Below, one piece after another: positions 48,792 to 56,857 of a DNA stretch of 64,000 nucleotides. The position numbers and the translations under genes are program-made. The notes under the pieces were generated by a model. It saw only the letters and a list, made by a program, of their open reading frames with translations, did no database searches and had not been told where the DNA came from. The stretch comes from an uncultured virus (IMG/VR IMGVR_UViG_3300010885_079087). Its lineage: Duplodnaviria > Heunggongvirae > Uroviricota > Caudoviricetes. Each line of letters begins with the position of its first letter. Within the stretch, counting starts at the first letter, position 1. The stretch lies in the IMG/VR virus record IMGVR_UViG_3300010885_079087; one strand, given 5' to 3'.

Positions 48792-50636
48792 ATGATTAAC
48801 GGTCAAAGCGAACAACAAAATCCAATCAGGAAAATCAAAAAAGCGATGAAGATACACGAAATTGTATCTACTGATAAACAGTCCCTTGCTGAATGCAAAA
48901 ATGATTTGCTGCAAAAAAGAATTGCTATGGACGAAAGCGAAGCACATGATATCGCAGAGTCTATTAGAGAAATGTTTTTGCCAAAACTTATGAAATCAGA
49001 AGGCATCGAAGATGAAGAAATGCCAGATGGATTTGTTGGTGAAATGACCGAAGATGACGATGACTTCGCAGATGAAGAAGATCTCGAAATGGATGAAGAT
49101 GAAGAAATGGATGAAGATGAAGATCTTGATTTAGATTTGGAAGATGATGATTTCGAAGACGATGATGAAGAACATGAAGAATCTGAAGAGGATCTTGAAG
49201 AAGATTTTGATGAAGACATGGATCATGAAGATGATGCTCTAGATGACGAAGGCGAAGTAGACGATGATGAAATCGCAACGATCCACATCCAAGTGCCTGC
49301 AAACAAAATTAGAGAGATTGAAGAAGCTCTCGAATCTGTCTTAGGCGAACAATCTAAGGATCAAGCAATGAGTCTTAACGACAAACTTGAAATAGGAGAA
49401 AACAACATGAATAAAAAAGAAATCGAAGCACGAAAGGCTTTAAGAAAAACAATTCTCGCAGCTATGGCTGATGATGAAGAAGTGACTCATGTCCTCCACA
49501 AAGATGGGTTCGAACATGCAAAAGACGAACAGTATCGAGAGGAAGGCAAATACAACACAGTCAAAGGAAACATCACAGACCCTGAAACTAAAACTCTAAA
49601 CTATGCAGAAGATAAATTCCCAAGCTTCCTGAAATTGAAAGCAAATTTAGGTCTCAATGAGACTAAGTATGTTGATTTCGACGGAACAGATCCAGATGCA
49701 CACGAATTCAAGCTTGCTTTTAGCGAACTTGATGATTTGGAAATTCCATCACAAGGTAATGAAAGTTTGTATCACGAACTTGAAATTCCTTCTGAAACTG
49801 AATTGCACCAAAAACGAACAGTACAATCATCGACACTTGGCAGTTTTGACGCAGATGCAGCCGAAGAAGTTCTGGCTTTCGCTCTGAAGTCCGCTGGTGT
49901 TGAAGAAGAAGATCTCGGCAAGCTCACATATGCAGAAGCATTAGAGCTTTATAAGTCCATTAAAGTGGCAAAAACTGCCGAAGATTGCGCAGAGGACGAA
50001 GATGATGACATGCATTCTGATGGCAAAACACATAAAAAGAAAGCCGCTGAAGAATCGGATATCAGAAAACACAGTCCTAAAGAAATCGACCCAGAAGAAG
50101 ATCATATGAGAGACAACACTTATTCGTATTCGAAAGAATCAAAAGACGAATATGCTGCAGCAATCAAAAAACTTATGAAAGGTGATGATTGCGATGTCGA
50201 AGCTGATACTACTATTACCACTGATAAACCAGTGACAATGGGCGGAAAGCATGACGAAGCTGAAATGGAAAAATCAGCAGAATTGTACAAGGCTCGTTTA
50301 AAAACAGCATTTGCAGTGGCAAGCAGATTGCACACAGCAGGGATTCTTCCAGCTAATGAAGTAGAAAAGCATGCTGAAAGCCTTCTCAATGATGGCTTGA
50401 CAGTAAATGCAATGTTGAGACAAACCAACATCATGCTTCAATCAATGAGCGCTACAGCTGAAAAGTTTGCCTCCATGGCAAGCACTAAGACTACTCGTAC
50501 TGCAGGGAATGGAATTGCTTTCAATCCACAAGTAAGAGCTGCAAGTGCAGATTTCAGCGGAGTTTCAGAGATTCACAGTGCACTAAGAAATCTTTCTTGG
50601 ACACAACCAAAAACTGACACAGGGATGGAGGATTGA
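48792..50636 (+). CDS. Highly acidic scaffold-like protein
   Basis: Long D/E tract, helical C-terminus; upstream of decoration and capsid genes. Confidence 0.6.
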   Translation: MINGQSEQQNPIRKIKKAMKIHEIVSTDKQSLAECKNDLLQKRIAMDESEAHDIAESIREMFLPKLMKSEGIEDEEMPDGFVGEMTEDDDDFADEEDLEMDEDEEMDEDEDLDLDLEDDDFEDDDEEHEESEEDLEEDFDEDMDHEDDALDDEGEVDDDEIATIHIQVPANKIREIEEALESVLGEQSKDQAMSLNDKLEIGENNMNKKEIEARKALRKTILAAMADDEEVTHVLHKDGFEHAKDEQYREEGKYNTVKGNITDPETKTLNYAEDKFPSFLKLKANLGLNETKYVDFDGTDPDAHEFKLAFSELDDLEIPSQGNESLYHELEIPSETELHQKRTVQSSTLGSFDADAAEEVLAFALKSAGVEEEDLGKLTYAEALELYKSIKVAKTAEDCAEDEDDDMHSDGKTHKKKAAEESDIRKHSPKEIDPEEDHMRDNTYSYSKESKDEYAAAIKKLMKGDDCDVEADTTITTDKPVTMGGKHDEAEMEKSAELYKARLKTAFAVASRLHTAGILPANEVEKHAESLLNDGLTVNAMLRQTNIMLQSMSATAEKFASMASTKTTRTAGNGIAFNPQVRAASADFSGVSEIHSALRNLSWTQPKTDTGMED

Positions 50637-50699
50637 TTACGAAAGTAATTTAAATCTACGAAAAAAGGAAAAACAAATAAAATAGGAGAAAAATAAAAA

Positions 50700-51389
50700 A
50701 TGGCATTAAGAGCATTAAATTCAGTAGTTGCTGCTAACTATAATAAGCAGACAGCAGATCCAGTTCTTGCTGGTGACCTTGTTACGCTCATCTCTTCTGC
50801 AACGGTTAACACTAACCCAGCTTGCATTAAAAGAGCTGTACGAAACACGGAAACCGTGAGATACATGATCCTCGGCGTAAGTGCGGATGACTCATTAGGG
50901 CAAAACCCAAATGGCGAAACTCCGACAATGATCAATAATGATCCAGTAGGTTCTAACTTTGTGAATGGTAACAATTTCCAAACTTATACTAATGGATTCT
51001 ATGTAGGTGTAAAGAGAGCTATCTCTGACTACAAAGATGAAGGCATCAGTGTTGTAACAAACCTTACACAAGGCGTTCCAACATTCGAACAAAGAGCAAT
51101 CACTGTTTATACAACACCTTCTTCTCAATTCGTAACTGACAGATTTGCACTTCTTACAGGTGGTGCATCAAGTGACTCAGCGCTTGCAACATTCAATGCA
51201 GGTGACCCACTTACAGTAGGTTATAGCAATGGTGCAACTGTTCCAGTTCAACCAACTGTTACTACTGCAGGCACAGGCACTAACAATGCTGGTCTCTTGG
51301 TTAAGTGGGATGGAACTAATGGCCCATGTGTTGGAAGAGTTGACTACTACGATTCAGGGGCAGGCTTACTGTACTGGACACTTGTCTAA
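50700..51389 (+). CDS. Putative head decoration/cement protein
   Basis: AGDLV, LGVSADD, AGDPLTV; beta/Gly/Thr-rich; immediately before the MCP. Confidence 0.6.
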   Translation: MALRALNSVVAANYNKQTADPVLAGDLVTLISSATVNTNPACIKRAVRNTETVRYMILGVSADDSLGQNPNGETPTMINNDPVGSNFVNGNNFQTYTNGFYVGVKRAISDYKDEGISVVTNLTQGVPTFEQRAITVYTTPSSQFVTDRFALLTGGASSDSALATFNAGDPLTVGYSNGATVPVQPTVTTAGTGTNNAGLLVKWDGTNGPCVGRVDYYDSGAGLLYWTLV

Positions 51390-51405
51390 TAAGGAGGAAT
51401 AAGAA

Positions 51406-52260
51406 ATGGCATTTACAAAAAATAACGTTGAAGAAACCAGAAATCAAATCATTGCTGCCGCGCTTGAAACATCAGAAGGTAAAACTGCTCTTGCACAAGC
51501 TATGGTAGAACCAATCAAAAACAGCTTGCTTTACCAAGCTATCGGACGAAAGCTCCTCCTTGTTGATGAGCTTCCACAAGGCGTTCTCGCTCGATATGAA
51601 AGAGATCTTACAGCTAAATCATTTACCGTTGGTAAAAGAGGTGCTGTTCCTACTTCAGAAATCGAAGCAGAAGAACTCTTGGTGCCTACTTTTGAACTTG
51701 CTGCTAACCCAGTTATCAGATACTCAGAAGTTAAACAAAGACGATTCTACATCGTTGACAGAGCACAAATCAGAGCCAAAGACAGCCTTCAAAGACAAGA
51801 GGACACTGAAGTGTTCAAAGTCATCAATGCTGCTACTCCTGCTGACCAAACAATTTCGGTTGCTGGTACAGTTCAATTGGAGCAAGTTAACCTTGCCCTT
51901 ACATTGATCGAAGAGCACGAGTTAATTGGCGCTAAGATTGTTGTTCCACCTGCTCGATACAAAGACTTCAGAGGCTGGGGCCCTGATGTTTACGACCAGG
52001 CAACAACAAGAGACATCCTTCAAACAGGTCTCTATGGTCACCTCTACACTGCTGACATCCACTTGAGCACTATGGTTCCTAAGAACTGTGTGTACATTAT
52101 GGCTCCTGCTCAGTTCGTTGGAGCTATTCCAATCAGACAAGACATCACTGTTCTGCCTGCAGATGACACTCGAAGACTTCGATTGGGATGGGTTGTTTAC
52201 GAAGAATTGGGCTTCGCAGTCATCAATGACTTCGCACTCAGCCGAATCATCGTTAGCTAA
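51406..52260 (+). CDS. Major capsid protein (compact HK97 fold)
   Basis: GRKLLLVDELPQG..ARYERD, PTFELA.NP, GWVVYEELGFAV; strong SD, distinct codon bias, terminator after. Confidence 0.82.
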   Translation: MAFTKNNVEETRNQIIAAALETSEGKTALAQAMVEPIKNSLLYQAIGRKLLLVDELPQGVLARYERDLTAKSFTVGKRGAVPTSEIEAEELLVPTFELAANPVIRYSEVKQRRFYIVDRAQIRAKDSLQRQEDTEVFKVINAATPADQTISVAGTVQLEQVNLALTLIEEHELIGAKIVVPPARYKDFRGWGPDVYDQATTRDILQTGLYGHLYTADIHLSTMVPKNCVYIMAPAQFVGAIPIRQDITVLPADDTRRLRLGWVVYEELGFAVINDFALSRIIVS

Positions 52261-52281
52261 TCGTTGACAAACCACATTCTG

Positions 52282-52316
52282 AAACCCTGGAGAAATCCGG
52301 GGTTTTTTTATTTTTT
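52282..52316 (+). terminator. Rho-independent terminator after the MCP
   Basis: aaaccctgga-GAAA-tccggggttt followed by T tracts. Confidence 0.88.
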
Positions 52317-52352
52317 CTAGGAGGTAATGTAACAAATCTTTAAAAGAAGAAT

Positions 52353-52607
52353 ATGAGCGATAGTTTAGAAAAAGTTTTAAAAATGCAACAAGAAAGACAA
52401 GAAAGAATTAATAAAATTGCTGAAGCTGTGAAAAGCAATTCTATTGAACCAAAAAATGCAGAAAAGATTTTACCTAATGGCACAAAACAAATGGTTACTA
52501 AGGCATTAGATTTTTCTGGCAAAGAAGTGTATACCGTATCAAATGATGACAAAAACTTCATGAGTTTTACAACAAAAAAACAACTCATGGATTTTCTTAA
52601 AGATTAA
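52353..52607 (+). CDS. Hypothetical protein
   Basis: 84 aa ORF after the terminator. Confidence 0.55.
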   Translation: MSDSLEKVLKMQQERQERINKIAEAVKSNSIEPKNAEKILPNGTKQMVTKALDFSGKEVYTVSNDDKNFMSFTTKKQLMDFLKD

Positions 52608-52619
52608 CACAAAACTGAT

Positions 52620-52835
52620 GTGATTATAGATATTCAAAACCTTACACATAATGTAAAAGCGCAAATATTGGAATGCTCATGTGACGAAAGGTTAAAAATA
52701 TTTGGATTAAGACCGGGAGAAATCTTGATAATTGTTGGAGAATGCCCATTTGGAGGCACCATTATTGTTCAAACACGAATGGGTCAGTTTTGTGTGAGAA
52801 GAAATGAAATAAAAGCCAAATTAAAAACTCTTTAA
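52620..52835 (+). CDS. FeoA-like SH3 domain protein
   Basis: RLKIFGLRPGE.....PFGGTIIV....FCVRRNE. Confidence 0.75.
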   Translation: MIIDIQNLTHNVKAQILECSCDERLKIFGLRPGEILIIVGECPFGGTIIVQTRMGQFCVRRNEIKAKLKTL

Positions 52836-52873
52836 AAATAGGGTTAAAATTAATATGTTCATAATAATGTATT

Positions 52874-53449
52874 ATGAGCATCAATAAAATTCTTATGAAA
52901 CTCGCTAACAAAAAAGCTATTGAAGGCGATATGGATTATGCGCTTAGATTGGCTGCTGCTGCTGAACCAAAAACTACAAAAGTAGCAAAAACCAGTCCTC
53001 AACCTAAGTCTGAATATGAGCAACTTTTGTCAAAATACGCTGGTATTGAAGACCTTAAAAAGTGGAGAGAAGAGCACGGAAAAGGTAAAGCCAAAAAAGA
53101 TGACATGGATGAAGAAAAAGATGACATGAAATCTGAAAAGAAACCAAAACATAAGAATGACGAAAAGGAAGAAGATAAGCCTAAGAGCAAAAAAGATCAA
53201 AAAAGCTCCAAAGGCAGCTATAAGTCAGCTATCAAAGAAATGAATGGTTTTATTGGGATGGATGGAGATGATTTTTGTTTTGAAGAAAAATCACAAGCCA
53301 GAGAAGCATTAAAGGTAGCTGAACAAGCAGCAAATTTTGTTAACTGGAAAGTAGAAAAGGGAGACGATTGTTTCAAACTTTGTTCACATGGTTTAGATAA
53401 AGAATCGAGCACTCTATCTATGATGAAAAGAAAATATGCAGGTAAATAA
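52874..53449 (+). CDS. Charged putative internal head protein
   Basis: K/D/E low-complexity centre; weak helical tag at the N-terminus. Confidence 0.5.
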   Translation: MSINKILMKLANKKAIEGDMDYALRLAAAAEPKTTKVAKTSPQPKSEYEQLLSKYAGIEDLKKWREEHGKGKAKKDDMDEEKDDMKSEKKPKHKNDEKEEDKPKSKKDQKSSKGSYKSAIKEMNGFIGMDGDDFCFEEKSQAREALKVAEQAANFVNWKVEKGDDCFKLCSHGLDKESSTLSMMKRKYAGK

Positions 53450-53451
53450 CT

Positions 53452-54033
53452 ATGAAAAAAATAGCAGAAGAGCTTGCAACTTTAGCCACGCAAATTAATC
53501 AAGCAGGAATGGAAAAAGATGCTGCTAATCTTTTTTTAATGGCTGTAAGAATAGCACATGATGACCATATTTTAAAACCAGTATTAGATGAAATGGGTTT
53601 TGAAGAAACAAATTTTGATGAAAACCCAAGTAAGACAAAAACAGATATTTATATTGAAATTTCTCCTGATGGATATTCAGAATATAAAGTCTCTAAATCC
53701 GGAAATGCAAATATGAAAACCTTTGAAACTTTTGAAGAGCTAATGAGTTTCTTGGCTGATGAAGACTGTGGATGTTCAGATACAAAAGTAGCGTCTTCTA
53801 AAAACAAAGGAAAAACATTAAATAAGCCATTCAGGACACCAGGAGGGCCAAAAAAATTCTCTGTGTATGTAAAAAATGACAAAGGGAATGTTGTCAAAGT
53901 AAATTTTGGCGATCCAAATATGAGGATCAAAAAATCAAATCCTAAAAGGAGAAAAAGCTTCAGAGCTAGACACAATTGCGAAAATCCAGGGCCAAAATGG
54001 AAAGCTCGATATTGGTCTTGCAGAAATTGGTGA
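53452..54033 (+). CDS. Tagged protein with basic C-terminal phage module
   Basis: LNKPFRTPGGPKKF...FGDPNM...FRARHNC...YWSC. Confidence 0.6.
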   Translation: MKKIAEELATLATQINQAGMEKDAANLFLMAVRIAHDDHILKPVLDEMGFEETNFDENPSKTKTDIYIEISPDGYSEYKVSKSGNANMKTFETFEELMSFLADEDCGCSDTKVASSKNKGKTLNKPFRTPGGPKKFSVYVKNDKGNVVKVNFGDPNMRIKKSNPKRRKSFRARHNCENPGPKWKARYWSCRNW

Positions 54034-54036
54034 AAT

Positions 54037-54426
54037 ATGGGTATTTTTAAAAAAGCAAACGAAAACGAAAACGAAAATGCGCTGTACACTTCCAGTGGGT
54101 TTAGAGTTATTCCTGATTTAGATTCTTCTGAATTTATTAAAGAAGATCCGAGTCAATACAATCAAGAAAAACTAGACAGATATGTGTTTCATTTATGGGA
54201 ATCTGAAAGAGTAAGAGAGCTTGCTCATTTAGGCGCAATTCCAAACAGAATATATGTTTTAGAAAATGGAAAATATATATCAAATCCAGCAGCTTCTAAA
54301 GATCAAGAGACACGTTTTAATAAAATGCCTGGTTTCAAATACGTTGGATTAGGAAAACTTGTTGCTTATCAAAATGAACAGGGTCAATTGGTAAATGTAG
54401 AGGATGATATTCAAGAAAGCGAATAA
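54037..54426 (+). CDS. Hypothetical protein (one copy of a repeat domain)
   Basis: MGIFKKAN start; YVLENG...GLGKL. Confidence 0.55.
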   Translation: MGIFKKANENENENALYTSSGFRVIPDLDSSEFIKEDPSQYNQEKLDRYVFHLWESERVRELAHLGAIPNRIYVLENGKYISNPAASKDQETRFNKMPGFKYVGLGKLVAYQNEQGQLVNVEDDIQESE

Positions 54427-54925
54427 AATAGAAGAGGGTGGTTTTCCAGAAAATATGCCACCCCCTGATTTCATGAAAGATTTCAAGGATCCTTTAGGTG
54501 AAGAGTACCAAAGTCTTGATATTTTGGATGAGGGTGAATTTTATTTATACGATTGGACAAATATGCGTAAACAACACAACGTATTTCAGTTAAGAAATGG
54601 CGAATATGTACTTGCTAATTTTATATCAAAAAAAGAAAGAACACCTAACCGCGATCATCCACGATTTGATGAGAGTTTGTGTAAATTCAAAGGTATAGGA
54701 AAATTGGTTCCTCCGGCCCAAGGGCGCGAAAAATATTTATGGTTTTCTCCCGAAATTGAAGATTACAGAAAATCAGAAAGATTGAATAGATATTTTTTTG
54801 AGTTAAGAGATGGACAAGTAGTTGAGTCAAACCTTTGGTCTTCTGATTTGAAATATAATCCTGATGATTATAACAACATGGTTTTTCTTGGAATAGGAAA
54901 ATTCTATGGTGAACAGGAGGATTAA
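54404..54925 (+). CDS. Hypothetical protein (two copies of the repeat domain)
   Basis: MIFKKAN start; FQLRNG...GIGKL and FELRDG...GIGKF. Confidence 0.55.
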   Translation: MIFKKANKIEEGGFPENMPPPDFMKDFKDPLGEEYQSLDILDEGEFYLYDWTNMRKQHNVFQLRNGEYVLANFISKKERTPNRDHPRFDESLCKFKGIGKLVPPAQGREKYLWFSPEIEDYRKSERLNRYFFELRDGQVVESNLWSSDLKYNPDDYNNMVFLGIGKFYGEQED

Positions 54926-56857
54926 TTGTCTATTTTCAAAACCGCTAAATATATTTATGCTCTTTCTTTAGATGAAACTTTAACTTTGCTGGAAGAACAA
55001 GGCGCTGATTTAGCCACAATAAATTTTATAAAAAATTCTGAACAGTCAATAAAACCTTTGTATGTTAAATATTTAAAAGAAAATCCTAACGCAAATATTT
55101 ATGATTTACAAAATAATGTTCAACAAGTAAAAAAACCAGAAAACTCTCTATCTGAAGAAGAACAAGCGGTTATAAATAGTTTAGATGATTTTATAAAGAC
55201 TTGGGCTACAAGTAGATTAAGGCAAATTAAATTTTTGAAACCAGGTGGTGAAACAGGGTACAGATACTTCGAAGATTATAACTCTGCACAAGCGTTAATG
55301 GAAATTAAAAATAAATTTGAAGAAATTACAGATATGGTTCAGTACGTAGGTGGAGAGTATTCAAGATTCGATTTATCTACATACAATTTCAAGCAAGCTG
55401 TAGAATTATCAGACGAATGGCATCAAGAAATGGTTGAAGATGGAGCAGGTAGATTTTATACACCAATCTTACGAAATTCCAAAGGTGAAATCGTTGACCC
55501 CAGAGTGCTTAAAGTTTTTAAAAATGGCTGGTTTATTATCGATGTAGATAATGAAAATGATTTAAAGGTAGAAGGGAACAAATTAAATCACTGTGTGGGA
55601 GGGTACTGGAAAGCAGTAAAAAGTGGCAGCTCAACAATTTTATCCTTAAGAAACCAGTTTAATCAACCACAAGCCACTGCTGAAATAACAAGACAAGGCA
55701 TAGAGCAAATTAAAGGAAATTCAAACGCAACACCAAATTCTATTGCTGTAGAACTATTTTCAGACTACATGAACGAAAATAATTACTTTTGGACTGAAGA
55801 AGATTATTATAATAAACCTTGTGATATTTATTGGAGTCGATATGGTTCTGATGGAAATCAAATTCTCAACAACATCGAAGCAGCTTTTTTTGTTCAAGGA
55901 GGACAAGCTTACGATGAAACATTCAATATTCCTTATTCCTATTATGAGGTTGACCAATATTATAAAGATTACAGAGATTTAACAACAGATATTTTTTATA
56001 ATTACCAAGATTCTGATGAAAACTTAAATGATGTAGCATCAAAACTTATAACAGAGTATTATCACGAAGACCATGGCACATTTAATGCTTATTTGGTTTC
56101 TGAAAATATGAAGAATGGTAAACCTTTAAAAAAAGAAAATTTGCTTCTTTATGATCTTTGGTATGAGTGCAATTCACGTTTAGAAGATTTCAAACAAGTG
56201 TTTGAAGATTTCAAATACTATCAAGAAAAAAATCTAGGCAAAGAAAAAACAAATGAAGAGTTGTTAGAATTAATTACACATGGCGAAGATAGACCTGTAT
56301 CATATGGAATAATGCCTTATGCATTTATAGCTGCGGTTTTTGAAGAGCTTTCAAATTTTTTTAATAATACTGATGGTGGAAAGCAATATAAAGAATTATA
56401 TAAAAAGACTACAAAAAAAAACTTCCCAACAATACTACCTCCAGAAAAATGGCTCGATATAAATTACGAATCTTACTTGCAGCCTAAATTGATAGACGAA
56501 GTTGATTCTACGGCCTCTGCAAAATATTTATTGAAATTAGCTGAAGACTTAGACAAAAAAGGTGAATATTGTCAAGCAAGTAAGTTAGAAAACTTAGCTA
56601 TCAAGTTAGCAAAATATAATTCGTCAAGCATTAAAAAAAACGCAACGTCAAATATAAAAAGAATATTAAATGTAAAAATTCCAAAGGAGGATTAATTGTC
56701 TATTTTTAAAATCTCAAAATATATATATGCTCTTTCTTTAGATGAAACTTTAAGCTTGCTGGAAGAACAAGGTGCTGATCTTGATACCATAAATTTTATA
56801 AAAAATTCTGAACAGTCAATAAAACCTTTGTATGTTAAATATTTAAAAGAAAATCCT
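54915..56857 (+). repeat. ~170-bp direct repeat pair (54915-55087 and 56685-56857) at the starts of the PcfJ paralogs
   Basis: Identical SD plus TTG start and a 69-bp identical core; offset 1770 bp. Confidence 0.9.
54926..56695 (+). CDS. PcfJ-domain protein, paralog 1
   Basis: SDEWH, LKVEGNKLNHCVGGY, ILSLR, ATAE, QIKG.SN. Confidence 0.78.
   Translation: MSIFKTAKYIYALSLDETLTLLEEQGADLATINFIKNSEQSIKPLYVKYLKENPNANIYDLQNNVQQVKKPENSLSEEEQAVINSLDDFIKTWATSRLRQIKFLKPGGETGYRYFEDYNSAQALMEIKNKFEEITDMVQYVGGEYSRFDLSTYNFKQAVELSDEWHQEMVEDGAGRFYTPILRNSKGEIVDPRVLKVFKNGWFIIDVDNENDLKVEGNKLNHCVGGYWKAVKSGSSTILSLRNQFNQPQATAEITRQGIEQIKGNSNATPNSIAVELFSDYMNENNYFWTEEDYYNKPCDIYWSRYGSDGNQILNNIEAAFFVQGGQAYDETFNIPYSYYEVDQYYKDYRDLTTDIFYNYQDSDENLNDVASKLITEYYHEDHGTFNAYLVSENMKNGKPLKKENLLLYDLWYECNSRLEDFKQVFEDFKYYQEKNLGKEKTNEELLELITHGEDRPVSYGIMPYAFIAAVFEELSNFFNNTDGGKQYKELYKKTTKKNFPTILPPEKWLDINYESYLQPKLIDEVDSTASAKYLLKLAEDLDKKGEYCQASKLENLAIKLAKYNSSSIKKNATSNIKRILNVKIPKED

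Noticed and set aside
47734..49302. Long antisense ORFs opposite the protease and scaffold genes (also 23110..23514, 29850..30371, 53649..54089)
   Set aside because: Ser/Phe/Leu-rich mirror translations produced by biased sense codons
51406..52260. Bacterial encapsulin operon
   Set aside because: Context of portal, protease, scaffold and terminase indicates a phage capsid
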